Notes under the pieces: generated by a model
What the model was told of the DNA's origin: nothing
Databases searched by the model: none
What the model saw: the letters and a program-made list of their open reading frames with translations, nothing else
In this document: piece after piece, positions 1 to 9,223 of the stretch
How the letters are laid out: each line of letters opens with the position of its first letter
Numbering within the stretch: position 1 is the stretch's first letter
Program-made: the position numbers and the translations under genes
NCBI GenBank assembly: GCA_030698625.1
Contig: JAUYMS010000028.1
Coordinates: 3,854-67,853, forward strand
Source: Candidatus Omnitrophota bacterium
GTDB taxonomy: Bacteria > Omnitrophota > Omnitrophia > Omnitrophales > Aquincolibacteriaceae
Length of the DNA: 64,000 nt
Direction: 5' to 3'

Positions 1-821
1 AGGAAGCGATTGCCACAGTGATTGATAGCGTCCGGAATGCGCTAAAGGGCACATCCCACACCTATGAGCTCCTTGTTGTGGATGATTGCTCGGACGATAA
101 GACCGTTGAGATCGCCGCGTCGAAGGGCGTGAAGGTCATTCGGCGGCGGATGAGAGGCGGTTCTGGATCCTCCCGCCGAACGGGTATCCGGGAATCGCAA
201 GGAGCGATCATCGTCATGCTTGATGCCGACGGCTCTTACGAAGCAGGAGATATTCCGCGGTTACTCGAATATTTCCCGGAGTACGACCAGGTTAATGGCG
301 CTAGAACAAGCGAGCAGGGTACGTTGAAGCTTCTGCGCACGCCGGCGAAGTGGATCATTCGAAAGCTCGCGTGTTATTTAACAAGCCAGAACATACCGGA
401 TTTGAATACCGGACTCAAGGCGTTCAAAAAAGATATCATGAAAAAGTACCTATGGGTACTCCCTGATGGGTTCTCATGCGTCACGACGATGACTCTGGCG
501 TTTCTAGCTAATGGCTTTGCCGTAAAATATATCCCTACGACGTATCACAAGCGGATAGGCAAATCGAAGTTTCATCCGGTAAAAGACACCGCTTCATACC
601 TCAATACAGTTGTTCGTATGGTGATGTACTTCAAACCCTTACGTGTTTTCATGCCCTTGGCTTTCGGGCTGCTTGCCTTTGGGCTGATTAAATCTGTTTT
701 GAGTCTTGTCTATACCTCGACGATTCAGGAGTCGGATATCATTATCATTATGACTGCTGTACTTCTTGGTGCCGTTGGGCTCCTCGCAGATTTGATTGTC
801 GCCTACCAGAATCGTGACTAG
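1..821 (+). CDS. GT2 glycosyltransferase with C-terminal TM helices, GtrB/CsbB-like; 5' end lies upstream of the window
   Basis: Reading frame is open to nt 1 with no upstream stop. Motifs LLVVDDCSDDKT and MLDADGSY(E) are GT2 DxD-type. The hydrophobic C-terminus (MPLAFGLLAFGLI..LGAVGLLADLIV) is typical of polyprenyl-phosphate hexose synthases. Confidence 0.8.
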   Translation, partial: EAIATVIDSVRNALKGTSHTYELLVVDDCSDDKTVEIAASKGVKVIRRRMRGGSGSSRRTGIRESQGAIIVMLDADGSYEAGDIPRLLEYFPEYDQVNGARTSEQGTLKLLRTPAKWIIRKLACYLTSQNIPDLNTGLKAFKKDIMKKYLWVLPDGFSCVTTMTLAFLANGFAVKYIPTTYHKRIGKSKFHPVKDTASYLNTVVRMVMYFKPLRVFMPLAFGLLAFGLIKSVLSLVYTSTIQESDIIIIMTAVLLGAVGLLADLIVAYQNRD

Positions 822-3141
822 ACGCTTCAAAGACTCCTTCGCCATTACTCTCATCATTGCCGCGATCGCGGTGGTGTTCTATGATCTCTTGACCCTGGAT
901 CAGGCCTTTCTTAGCGGGGATCACCGCGAACAGCAATATCCCTGGGCGTTTATATTTCAGGAGGCTCTGAGGGGCGGGCATCTACCGTGGTGGACACGTG
1001 CCATTCATTGCGGATTTCCAATCCTTGCGGAGGGGCAGATCGGTGCTTTTTACCCGGTCAACATCCTGTTCTACGCGCTCTTGCCCATCAAGTGGGCATA
1101 CAACTACAGCATTCTATTCCATTATGTCGTCGGCGGGCTGCTGTTCTACGCATACCTGCGTCGGTCTGGGCGTTCCACAGAAGCATCCTTTATCGCGGCC
1201 GTTATTTTCCTTTTTGGTTCCAGTCAAGGGGGATACTTTTATTATAATTACATCTCTCAGAAAGTAGTTATTTGGCTCCCGCTGACTCTTCTATTGATAG
1301 ATCGCCTGCGTGAGAGGAAGCAGGCGCTGGATGCGTTTCTGCTGTCGTTAGTATTTGCCTTACAGATATTTGGCGGGTATCTCCAAGTGGCGATTTACTC
1401 TGTTCTTTATTCATCAATCTATTTCCTTTTCTTCTGGTTTCGTGAGCGAAGCACGAAAGTGGTCCTCCTTTTTACGGCATCGGGGTTGCTGGCTATCTTT
1501 TTTTCGCTAGTCCAACTGCTGCCGACGCTTGAGCTTGCACTTCTCTCATCGCGAGCCGAGGCAGTGAAAGGGATAGCGTATCTGGGATCCGCTACACCCA
1601 TGGCCTGGCTAACGCTGTTTTTCCCGTCCTGGGATTCCTTCCTTAGGTCGGAGTTTTACGTGGGCATTTTGGGCCTATTTTTCGCAATCATGAGTTTTTC
1701 GGGAGAGAGGGATACAAAGCGTAATTTTTTTGTTTTCGGAGCAGCCCTTTTCTTTCTGCTGGCGTTGGGGCAGTACAGCCCCCTTTATGTGGGTATCGTG
1801 GAGATGACCGGGTTTAATGGGTTTCGCACTCCCATTAAATTTCTTTTTTTTGTGACTTTTTCAATGGGGGTCTTGGCGGCTTATGGCTGGGATTCATTTT
1901 TCCAGGAAACTCGAAGGGTGGGGGCGCTGAAGTCGTATCGTTTCTTTGTGATTGTGGTGGGCGCCATGGTCCTCGCTCCTCCGGTCATTGAGTTTGTCCT
2001 CACGGCTTTCCGAGAGACCTTTCTCCCGGTACTCAAGGATTATGTAACTGACCATATATTCGGAAGGCCGGGCCATCACCATTCGTTGGAACATTATATG
2101 AGTCAGGCGGTTTCTTTCTATGACAGTACAATTGATATGGTGACGCTTAAGAATAAATACACATTGAGTGCGTGGCTGTCGCTGGTAGTTGGTTTGGTGG
2201 TCGCGCTAGGGATGGGCCGAGCCGGTTTTAAATCGGTCCGCGGGGTACAGCTCCTGTGCACGTTACTTCTCTTTGTGGACCTGTTCTTTTATGGTTTTAA
2301 CAGCATCAAGCCGAACTATATGCCGTTCGATAGTATCGGGGACAAAAGGGGAGAATCCGCGATTGTCGACGAAATAAAGAAGGATCCGGGTCTGTTCAGA
2401 ATAAGCGAGGTCTACGGCGAGTTGTGGCATAACGACGTCTACCCGATGGTGCCTAGCTCTAATATGCTCCACGGGATCGATGATGTCGGGGCATACTCTC
2501 CGCTCGCCATGAAGGATTACGGTGCCTTCTTGAAGGGCTGGGCCTATGTCAATGATTCCCTCTCTGTCAATTTTGTGACGGCCGACGGTGTTCTTGCTAA
2601 TCTCGAGCGGCTGAGTTTGTTGAACGTGAAGTATATTCAGTCGACCGTTCCGTTGGAACATGAGGATCTGACTCTCTTGATGACCGACAAGGATGTCTTG
2701 CTGTATAGGAATGATGCGGTCCGCTCGCGAGCGCTATTCGCCCCGGGGATGAGAGGGCCGTCGAGTTTGGACCAGATCATGAAAGCGCGTCTTATCGATA
2801 TTCCGATCGAAAGTTATGAGAATCAGCGGGTCCGCATACAATTCGAGGCCGTAACCGACGGTCTTTTCTTGCTCTCAGACATGGCCTATCCGAATTGGGG
2901 GGTGCGTGTGAACGGTGCGGATTCAGCTGTTCTGAAATGGGCCGGTCTATTTCGCGCCGTGGAGGTTCGGCGGGGCGTAAACGACATCGTCTTTGAGTAC
3001 ACGCCGAGACTTTACCGATCCGTGGGTTTGGCGGCAGCGATGACGGCTATCTTGCTGAGCCTGTTCTTTTTGTCTCGATCAGTTCCTGCTTATACGCGAA
3101 GGTTGACGGCCGAGGTTAAAGGCCGGGGGGCAATCGGATGA
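796..3141 (+). CDS. YfhO-family GT-C membrane glycosyltransferase, 781 aa
   Basis: Many predicted TM helices. N-terminal YfhO-like block 'W...GFPILAEGQIGAFYPVNILFY' with a large C-terminal periplasmic domain. Overlaps the upstream GT2 by 26 nt. Confidence 0.7.
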   Translation: MSPTRIVTRRFKDSFAITLIIAAIAVVFYDLLTLDQAFLSGDHREQQYPWAFIFQEALRGGHLPWWTRAIHCGFPILAEGQIGAFYPVNILFYALLPIKWAYNYSILFHYVVGGLLFYAYLRRSGRSTEASFIAAVIFLFGSSQGGYFYYNYISQKVVIWLPLTLLLIDRLRERKQALDAFLLSLVFALQIFGGYLQVAIYSVLYSSIYFLFFWFRERSTKVVLLFTASGLLAIFFSLVQLLPTLELALLSSRAEAVKGIAYLGSATPMAWLTLFFPSWDSFLRSEFYVGILGLFFAIMSFSGERDTKRNFFVFGAALFFLLALGQYSPLYVGIVEMTGFNGFRTPIKFLFFVTFSMGVLAAYGWDSFFQETRRVGALKSYRFFVIVVGAMVLAPPVIEFVLTAFRETFLPVLKDYVTDHIFGRPGHHHSLEHYMSQAVSFYDSTIDMVTLKNKYTLSAWLSLVVGLVVALGMGRAGFKSVRGVQLLCTLLLFVDLFFYGFNSIKPNYMPFDSIGDKRGESAIVDEIKKDPGLFRISEVYGELWHNDVYPMVPSSNMLHGIDDVGAYSPLAMKDYGAFLKGWAYVNDSLSVNFVTADGVLANLERLSLLNVKYIQSTVPLEHEDLTLLMTDKDVLLYRNDAVRSRALFAPGMRGPSSLDQIMKARLIDIPIESYENQRVRIQFEAVTDGLFLLSDMAYPNWGVRVNGADSAVLKWAGLFRAVEVRRGVNDIVFEYTPRLYRSVGLAAAMTAILLSLFFLSRSVPAYTRRLTAEVKGRGAIG

Positions 3142-3242
3142 AGAATTGGATAATTGTGATTTGGGCGTTCAGCGTAATCCTGGTGTATTGCTGGAATATG
3201 TGGGTGAATAAGGTTGCGGAATCCGTGGGAGGGTTGCTGTGA
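3138..3242 (+). CDS. Candidate 34-aa hydrophobic micro-protein (MKNWIIVIWAFSVILVYCWNMWVNKVAESVGGLL)
   Basis: Found by manual translation. Its ATG overlaps the YfhO stop (ATGA at 3138-3141) and its TGA overlaps the GTG of the next gene (GTGA at 3239-3242). It is a single TM helix. Below the 60-aa cutoff of the ORF track. Confidence 0.3.
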   Translation: MKNWIIVIWAFSVILVYCWNMWVNKVAESVGGLL

Positions 3243-5092
3243 TTCTGTGGTTTGCAATGCCAGCTGTGACCTTCCTGTGTTTTAGTGCGGGGCGCCTGTG
3301 CATCACGAGATGGCGGATTACAATGGAGAAAGACGAGCAGGTGCTTTTCGGGACAGCGGTCGGCATGGGGATGCTTTCTTACGGCGTGCTTCTCCTCGGC
3401 CTTATGGGGCAACTCCGCCTGGTTTCTCTATGCGGATTGCTGATCGTTTTGTTGATTATGAGCGCGATGAACTGGGGACATTCCTGGGCGGCACTGAAAA
3501 GGGCGGTTGCCTTGTGGGAACCTAAAGCTCATCCGTGGAATACGGCTATTTTTTTAGGCAGCGGCCTATGTCTTGCGACTGCCTTTTTGGGCGTTCTTGC
3601 TCCGGAGACGACTAATGATTCTCTATGTTATCACCTCCATTTACCTAAACTTTTTTTAGTCTCGGGCACCATAGGGCCAATCCCGTACGAAGTGAATTCG
3701 TTGTTCCCGTTTTTTATGGAGATGCTTTATACGGCGGGATTGACTGTGGGAGGAGAGGCCCTTTCTAAGTATTTTCATTTCTTGACCGGAATCTTGGCAG
3801 CCATGGCAGTGCTGGTATACGCCCGTCGATACACTTCACGAGTCTATGCCTGGTGGGCGGCGCTGCTGTTTCTAACTACGCCCGGAATTATTAACCAGTT
3901 GTCTACGACTTACGTCGATGTTGGCCTGACATGCTACGGCGTACTTGCGTTGTACGGATACCTGCGTTGGCGTGAGACTCGTGAAACGAGCTGGGCCGTC
4001 CTCGCGGGGATGTGTGCCGGTTTTATGCTGAGCATCAAGTACCTGGCATTGATTGCGTGTCTCGGGATGGGCTTGTTGCTGATCTATGAATTAATTCGAA
4101 GGCGGCAGCTCCTGCGTGGGCTTATCTCGGTCATTCCGTGGTTCTTGATTCCGATGTGTCTGTGTGCGGGCTATTGGTATGTGCGTGCTTATGTGGAGCT
4201 GGGTAACCCCGTCTACCCGTATTTTTATTCGATCTTTAAAGCCGGGGATCCAACGATCCATTACAACGATATCGGTGTTTCGAAGAATATCCTTTCTTTT
4301 GTAGCGGTGCCGTGGCTAATGACCATGCGCCCGGATATTTTTGAAGGTTTTGGCGTGCAGATCGGACCCGGATATTTAGCGTTTCTGCCTTTGGCGTTCA
4401 TGTCGCGGAGCAAGATTCCAAATGCGGGGAGCTTGGCCTTTTTTAGTCTTTTCTATCTCGTGTGCTGGTTTTTCCTGGGGCAGAGCTTGAGATTTCTCTA
4501 CCCCATCCTGCCGGTCCTGGCAATGCTGATGGCGGGTGGTTTTGCCTACAGCTCTTCATTGGGCAATGTAGGGCGTTGGGTTCCGGCCATGGTGGCAGCT
4601 GTGATATGGATTCATGCGGGAGTTGCTTTCTATCATCATCGAAGCATTTATCAAGTCGCGCTGGGGCTTGAATCAGGCACTGAGTATCTCAGCAAGCGTG
4701 AGCGGAGTTTTGACGTCGCGCAATGGGTAAATAAGAACTTGGATGCAGACAGCAGAATCATGAACGTTGACGAGACTCACATGTACCACTTCGAACGGCC
4801 GATTGTACGCGAGATCGTCTATGCCGGCCGTACCGAATATTATGAGGGGGCCGAGTCGGCCGCGGATGTGGTTCGGCGTCTTCTGGCAGATGGTTTTACA
4901 CATATTCTGGACGTGAGTCGTCCGAGCGATGGGAGTCACTCCGGGCAGTCTCCTTTCCGGCTGCCCCGCCTTCTTCGGGAAGGGCAAAAGGAGCTTGCCC
5001 TTCATTTGGATCTCCTCTACACTCATGCGTTTAGAGAGGACTCTGGCGAGGCGGTGCGATACCGCCTGTATTATCTGAATCCCAGTATCTGA
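3239..5092 (+). CDS. PMT/ArnT-like GT-C membrane glycosyltransferase (GT39/GT83-like), 617 aa
   Basis: Polytopic membrane protein with a PMT_2-like hydrophobic architecture and a soluble C-terminal domain. GTG start. An alternative ATG at 3257 is possible. Confidence 0.6.
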   Translation: MILWFAMPAVTFLCFSAGRLCITRWRITMEKDEQVLFGTAVGMGMLSYGVLLLGLMGQLRLVSLCGLLIVLLIMSAMNWGHSWAALKRAVALWEPKAHPWNTAIFLGSGLCLATAFLGVLAPETTNDSLCYHLHLPKLFLVSGTIGPIPYEVNSLFPFFMEMLYTAGLTVGGEALSKYFHFLTGILAAMAVLVYARRYTSRVYAWWAALLFLTTPGIINQLSTTYVDVGLTCYGVLALYGYLRWRETRETSWAVLAGMCAGFMLSIKYLALIACLGMGLLLIYELIRRRQLLRGLISVIPWFLIPMCLCAGYWYVRAYVELGNPVYPYFYSIFKAGDPTIHYNDIGVSKNILSFVAVPWLMTMRPDIFEGFGVQIGPGYLAFLPLAFMSRSKIPNAGSLAFFSLFYLVCWFFLGQSLRFLYPILPVLAMLMAGGFAYSSSLGNVGRWVPAMVAAVIWIHAGVAFYHHRSIYQVALGLESGTEYLSKRERSFDVAQWVNKNLDADSRIMNVDETHMYHFERPIVREIVYAGRTEYYEGAESAADVVRRLLADGFTHILDVSRPSDGSHSGQSPFRLPRLLREGQKELALHLDLLYTHAFREDSGEAVRYRLYYLNPSI

Positions 5093-5100
5093 AAGGACTT

Positions 5101-6405
5101 ATGAAGGTTGCACTTATTGATCTGAAGGAGAGCCGTAACGGCTGTAATAATAAGGACAAGGCAGGCGGTTTCGGCAACAAGTCACACGGCGAAGATCTGA
5201 TCTCTCGCATTTATGCTTATTTTAAGCATAGTCAAGTCGATGTTCCCGTAATGCACTTTGGCTATATGGCCGCTATCTTTCGCCAGCATGGGCATACAGT
5301 CAAATTCTACGATGCAGAGCCCGAGGACGAGGAACTGGTCATCATGGCTTCCTCGATCGTTGGTTATGACGAAGAACTCTCGTTTGCTCGCCGCATCCAA
5401 AAGCCCGGCAGGAAGATCGGTTTCATCAACGCATTTGCCACTGTGAAGCCGGAGATCTTTCTCAATGCGTCAGACTTTGTGATTAAGGGGGAACCGGAGC
5501 AGGCCACGATTGAAATTGCCAAAGGGAACGTGAAGCCAGAGGGGGTGATTGACAGCGCCTTGATCTTTGACCTCGAGAGTCTTCCGTTTCCGGACTGGGA
5601 TGGTTTTCCTGTTTCCCGGTACGGCTATTACCCGGTCTTGAAGAAGAAACCGCTTATTTCTATCCTCACGAGCCGGGGCTGTTCGTTTGACTGCAGCTAT
5701 TGTCCGTATATGGTCACTCAGACGGAAAGGTGGCGCAGGCGTTCCGCCAAGCATGTCTGCGATGAAATTGAATACCTTCAAAAGAAGTACAAGGTGCGCA
5801 GCCTCGTTTTCCGCGACATCATGTACACCCAAAGCAAACAGCGCGCCATTCAGATTTCTGAGGAGATCATTCGGCGCGGAATTCGCGTCGAGTGGAGTTG
5901 TGAAACTCGAGCCGATTGCTTGGAAGAGGATACACTGAGACTACTCCACCGGTCGGGGCTGCGAGTTATTCACTTAGGGATCGAGTCGCCAGAGGATCAG
6001 ATCGTCAAAGATTCGGGACGCATCCCAATCAAAGAGATGCAACAGGAGAAGATCGTGCGGCTGTGCGAGAAGATCGGAATCGACGTTATCGGATTTTATA
6101 TCCTCGGCTTTGTCGCGGACACTCAGAAATCCATGCGGCGAACGATTGATTACGCCAAACATTTGAATACGCCTCTGGCGCAGTTCGATGTCATGACGCC
6201 GTATCCCGGTACAAAATTCTATGATGAGATGAGGGACCGTATCTTGAGCCACAATTGGAAGGAATACACAACCCATCATCCGGTCGTTCGACTGGATAAT
6301 GTCTCTCACGAAGAAGTGCTCGACTTCAAGAATCGCGCTTACCGGGAGTATTATTTTCGGTCGAGTTGGATGCTCAAGCACGGACTGAAGACCGTCCTCG
6401 GATAA
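5101..6405 (+). CDS. B12-binding domain radical SAM protein
   Basis: CxxxCxxC radical SAM cluster motif 'SRGCSFDCSYCPY'. N-terminal Rossmann-like B12-binding region. The fold is class B radical SAM. Confidence 0.8.
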   Translation: MKVALIDLKESRNGCNNKDKAGGFGNKSHGEDLISRIYAYFKHSQVDVPVMHFGYMAAIFRQHGHTVKFYDAEPEDEELVIMASSIVGYDEELSFARRIQKPGRKIGFINAFATVKPEIFLNASDFVIKGEPEQATIEIAKGNVKPEGVIDSALIFDLESLPFPDWDGFPVSRYGYYPVLKKKPLISILTSRGCSFDCSYCPYMVTQTERWRRRSAKHVCDEIEYLQKKYKVRSLVFRDIMYTQSKQRAIQISEEIIRRGIRVEWSCETRADCLEEDTLRLLHRSGLRVIHLGIESPEDQIVKDSGRIPIKEMQQEKIVRLCEKIGIDVIGFYILGFVADTQKSMRRTIDYAKHLNTPLAQFDVMTPYPGTKFYDEMRDRILSHNWKEYTTHHPVVRLDNVSHEEVLDFKNRAYREYYFRSSWMLKHGLKTVLG

Positions 6406-6419
6406 GCGGAGAGATCACC

Positions 6420-7322
6420 ATGATTGCAATCACCGGAGCCACAGGCTTCATCGGTGTGCATCTTATCAAGGCCCTGCAGGAAAGGGGGGTGGCGTTTCGC
6501 TGCCTCGTCCGCGCTAATTCCACTAGGGTGAGCCAAGTAAAGGCTCTGACCGAGCATGTCGTCCAGGTCGACTACAGTCGACCCGAGACTTTGCGTAAAG
6601 CGTTTACGGGGTGCGATGTCCTTGTACATGCCTTGGGTCTCATTAACGGGAGTGAGGAAGAACTGCGCGAGGCCAATATTGAGTGCCCGCGCAGAGTGTT
6701 TGAGGCCGCAACGAAGGCCTCGGTCGAGCGCGTTGTTTTTATCAGCTCCGTAGCCGCTTTGAGACGGCATGGACCCTATGGCGTGACCAAGTCCGAGGGT
6801 GAGGATGTGCTGAGGAGTTCCGGGATTCCCTACATCATTCTACGTCCGGCATACGTTTATGGGGTGGGTGACGAAAACAATACGGCTCTGATGCTGCGAA
6901 CCTTAAAACGATTCCCGGTGATCCCTGTACTGGGAGGCGGGCAGTTCCGGTTACAGCCCGTGTACGTCGACGACGTCTGCGATCTGATCGTTCAAGCGCT
7001 CAGATGCAAAACCTGGAATCGGGCGTACACGGTTGCAGGACCGGAACAGATTACATTGTGGTCCATGCTGAAGTTGCTTGCCGGAGGTCTCGGGGTGAGT
7101 CGACTTCTTGTACCGATCCCGCTAAAACCGGTTCAGGCGTTGATGCGTTTTTATCTTCGCTTTTTTCCCGAGACCAAGCTCCCGGCCAAGCAGATACTCG
7201 AGTTGGATAAACACGAGGCCTTTGATATCTCAGAGACACAATCGAATTTTAATTTTAAGCCCCGGCCTTTTCGCGAAGGGGTTGAGGGGATGTTTACCGG
7301 CGACCTATGTGCGGCATTGTAG
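6420..7322 (+). CDS. NAD(P)-binding NmrA/NDUFA9-like SDR, sugar epimerase/reductase family
   Basis: Motif 'IAITGATGFIGVHLIKAL' GxxGxxG. Start chosen at ATG 6420 with upstream GGAGAG. Confidence 0.7.
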   Translation: MIAITGATGFIGVHLIKALQERGVAFRCLVRANSTRVSQVKALTEHVVQVDYSRPETLRKAFTGCDVLVHALGLINGSEEELREANIECPRRVFEAATKASVERVVFISSVAALRRHGPYGVTKSEGEDVLRSSGIPYIILRPAYVYGVGDENNTALMLRTLKRFPVIPVLGGGQFRLQPVYVDDVCDLIVQALRCKTWNRAYTVAGPEQITLWSMLKLLAGGLGVSRLLVPIPLKPVQALMRFYLRFFPETKLPAKQILELDKHEAFDISETQSNFNFKPRPFREGVEGMFTGDLCAAL

Positions 7323-9223
7323 GCTATTTTACTCCTGATCCCAAACAGGCCGACGGCTCTTTTTTGGCCGCGATGAATGAAACTCTAGTGCACCGGGGCC
7401 CCGATGCTTCGGGGTTGCTTCGACGACCGCATGCGGGTTTGGCGATGCGGCGTTTGAAGGTCATTGATCTCGAGACCGGAGACCAGCCGATTTCAAGCGA
7501 ATCCGGATCCTGCCATATTGTTTTCAACGGGGAGATATACAATTTCCGGGAGTTGCGGGACCGTCTTGAAAAGAAAGGGCATCATTTCCGAACTCGGTCT
7601 GATACGGAGGTTTTGCTACACGCCTACGTTGAGAAACGCGAAAAGTGTCTCGATGATCTCAATGGCATGTTTGCCTTTGCCGTCTACGATGAGAAAGATA
7701 AGAGCCTATTTGTGGCTCGAGACCGGCTTGGAATTAAGCCGCTCTTTTATGCGGAGACAGACAAAGGACTGGTCTTTGCTTCCGAGCTGAAGGCCTTTCT
7801 GGCTTGCCCGTGGATTTCCTGTGAACTTGATCTGCAAGCGCTTTCCCATTTTCTGAGCTTGAATTATTTGCCCCCTCCGTGGACACCCCTTAAGGGAATA
7901 AGACAATTGCTGCCGGGTCACTGGATGCGTGTTCAGGCCGACAAAGTTGAGGTGAAATCCTACTGGGAGATTCCGCTTGAAGAGAACCGTGACATCTCGG
8001 AGCGGGAGGCCGTCACAGAAATTACACGCCTTTTGCATCGCTCCATCGAAAGGCAGTTGATTGCCGATGTGCCCGTAGGCGCTTTCCTCAGCGGGGGGAT
8101 GGACTCAAGCACTCTGGTTGCTCTCATTAAAGAGCATCGGCACGATAAGATTAAAACCTTTTCGGTGGGCTTTGAAGACCCGGTCTATGACGAGACGCCT
8201 TATGCGAGGGAAGTGGCAAAGTACTTTGGCACCGAGCACTATGAAATGCTCTGTAAACCAGAAGATGTGAGCCGCTCTTTATCCCGCATTGCCTTTCAGG
8301 CGGACAACCTGTTGGCGGACCAGGCAGCCCTGCCTCTGTATCATGTCTCGCAATTGGCTAAACAGCATGTGACGGTCGCCTTGTCGGGTGATGGGGGTGA
8401 CGAATTATTTGTCGGATACCCGACATTTCATGCTGACCATTATCACTCTTTGTATACTCGTTTGCCGCGGTTCTTGCGGAAGAATGTGATCGAGGCCGGA
8501 ATACGGGCCCTGCCGGCCTCGACAGGAAAGCTCAGTTGGGACTATCGCGCCAAGAAATTTATTCAGGCGGGCGACATGTCTCGAGAGAAGGCGCATTACT
8601 GGTGGCGAACTATTTTTACGACCGACGAAAAGGAAAGCATTCTCACCGAGGCAGCGTGGCGTGCCATCCCCGACAAAGATGCCTTCGGGCTTTATGCCGA
8701 ATACTTTAACAGATCGACGGGCTCCAGTTTTGTGAATCGCGCTCTTTATGCGGACCAAAAGGTATGGCTGCCCGGCAATAACCTTTGTAAGGTAGATACC
8801 ATGTCGATGGCCCATGGGTTGGAAGCGCGTGTTCCCTTCCTGGATCACGAGTTGGTCGAAACCGTCGCGCGCCTGCCGGCCGAGATGAAGTTTCGCGGCC
8901 GCATATTGAAGTACCTGCTCAAGAAAGCGATGAAGGGCCGCCTACCCGAATCAATTATCAAGAGACGGAAGGCCGGATGGCATATGCCCATTGCCGGCTG
9001 GTTGCGGGGGCCCATGGCGGGTTATGCTCAGGATTTACTCCTACAGCAGAAGACGCCGGTCCATGGGCTATTTAAACAAGATGCGCTTGCGGCATTGATT
9101 CGAGAACATCGTGTCGGCAGGCATAATCACGCCTTCAAGATATGGGGACTTCTGGTTTTGAATCATTGGTCGGGCCAGTTCTTAAGCAAGCAGCAGGTCG
9201 GGCAGGCGGTGAGTGCGTCATGA
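7307..9223 (+). CDS. asnB: Asparagine synthase (glutamine-hydrolysing)-like amidotransferase
   Basis: N-terminal 'MCGIVGYF' with the class II glutamine amidotransferase Cys2. Central PP-loop 'SGGMDSS'. Length 638 aa. Confidence 0.85.
   Translation: MCGIVGYFTPDPKQADGSFLAAMNETLVHRGPDASGLLRRPHAGLAMRRLKVIDLETGDQPISSESGSCHIVFNGEIYNFRELRDRLEKKGHHFRTRSDTEVLLHAYVEKREKCLDDLNGMFAFAVYDEKDKSLFVARDRLGIKPLFYAETDKGLVFASELKAFLACPWISCELDLQALSHFLSLNYLPPPWTPLKGIRQLLPGHWMRVQADKVEVKSYWEIPLEENRDISEREAVTEITRLLHRSIERQLIADVPVGAFLSGGMDSSTLVALIKEHRHDKIKTFSVGFEDPVYDETPYAREVAKYFGTEHYEMLCKPEDVSRSLSRIAFQADNLLADQAALPLYHVSQLAKQHVTVALSGDGGDELFVGYPTFHADHYHSLYTRLPRFLRKNVIEAGIRALPASTGKLSWDYRAKKFIQAGDMSREKAHYWWRTIFTTDEKESILTEAAWRAIPDKDAFGLYAEYFNRSTGSSFVNRALYADQKVWLPGNNLCKVDTMSMAHGLEARVPFLDHELVETVARLPAEMKFRGRILKYLLKKAMKGRLPESIIKRRKAGWHMPIAGWLRGPMAGYAQDLLLQQKTPVHGLFKQDALAALIREHRVGRHNHAFKIWGLLVLNHWSGQFLSKQQVGQAVSAS

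Noticed and set aside
639-981. Minus-strand ORFs 639..857 and 748..981 overlapping the GT2 and YfhO genes
   Set aside because: They are antisense to well-supported CDSs, have no recognisable domain and have the Arg/Ser/Gly-rich composition typical of shadow frames.
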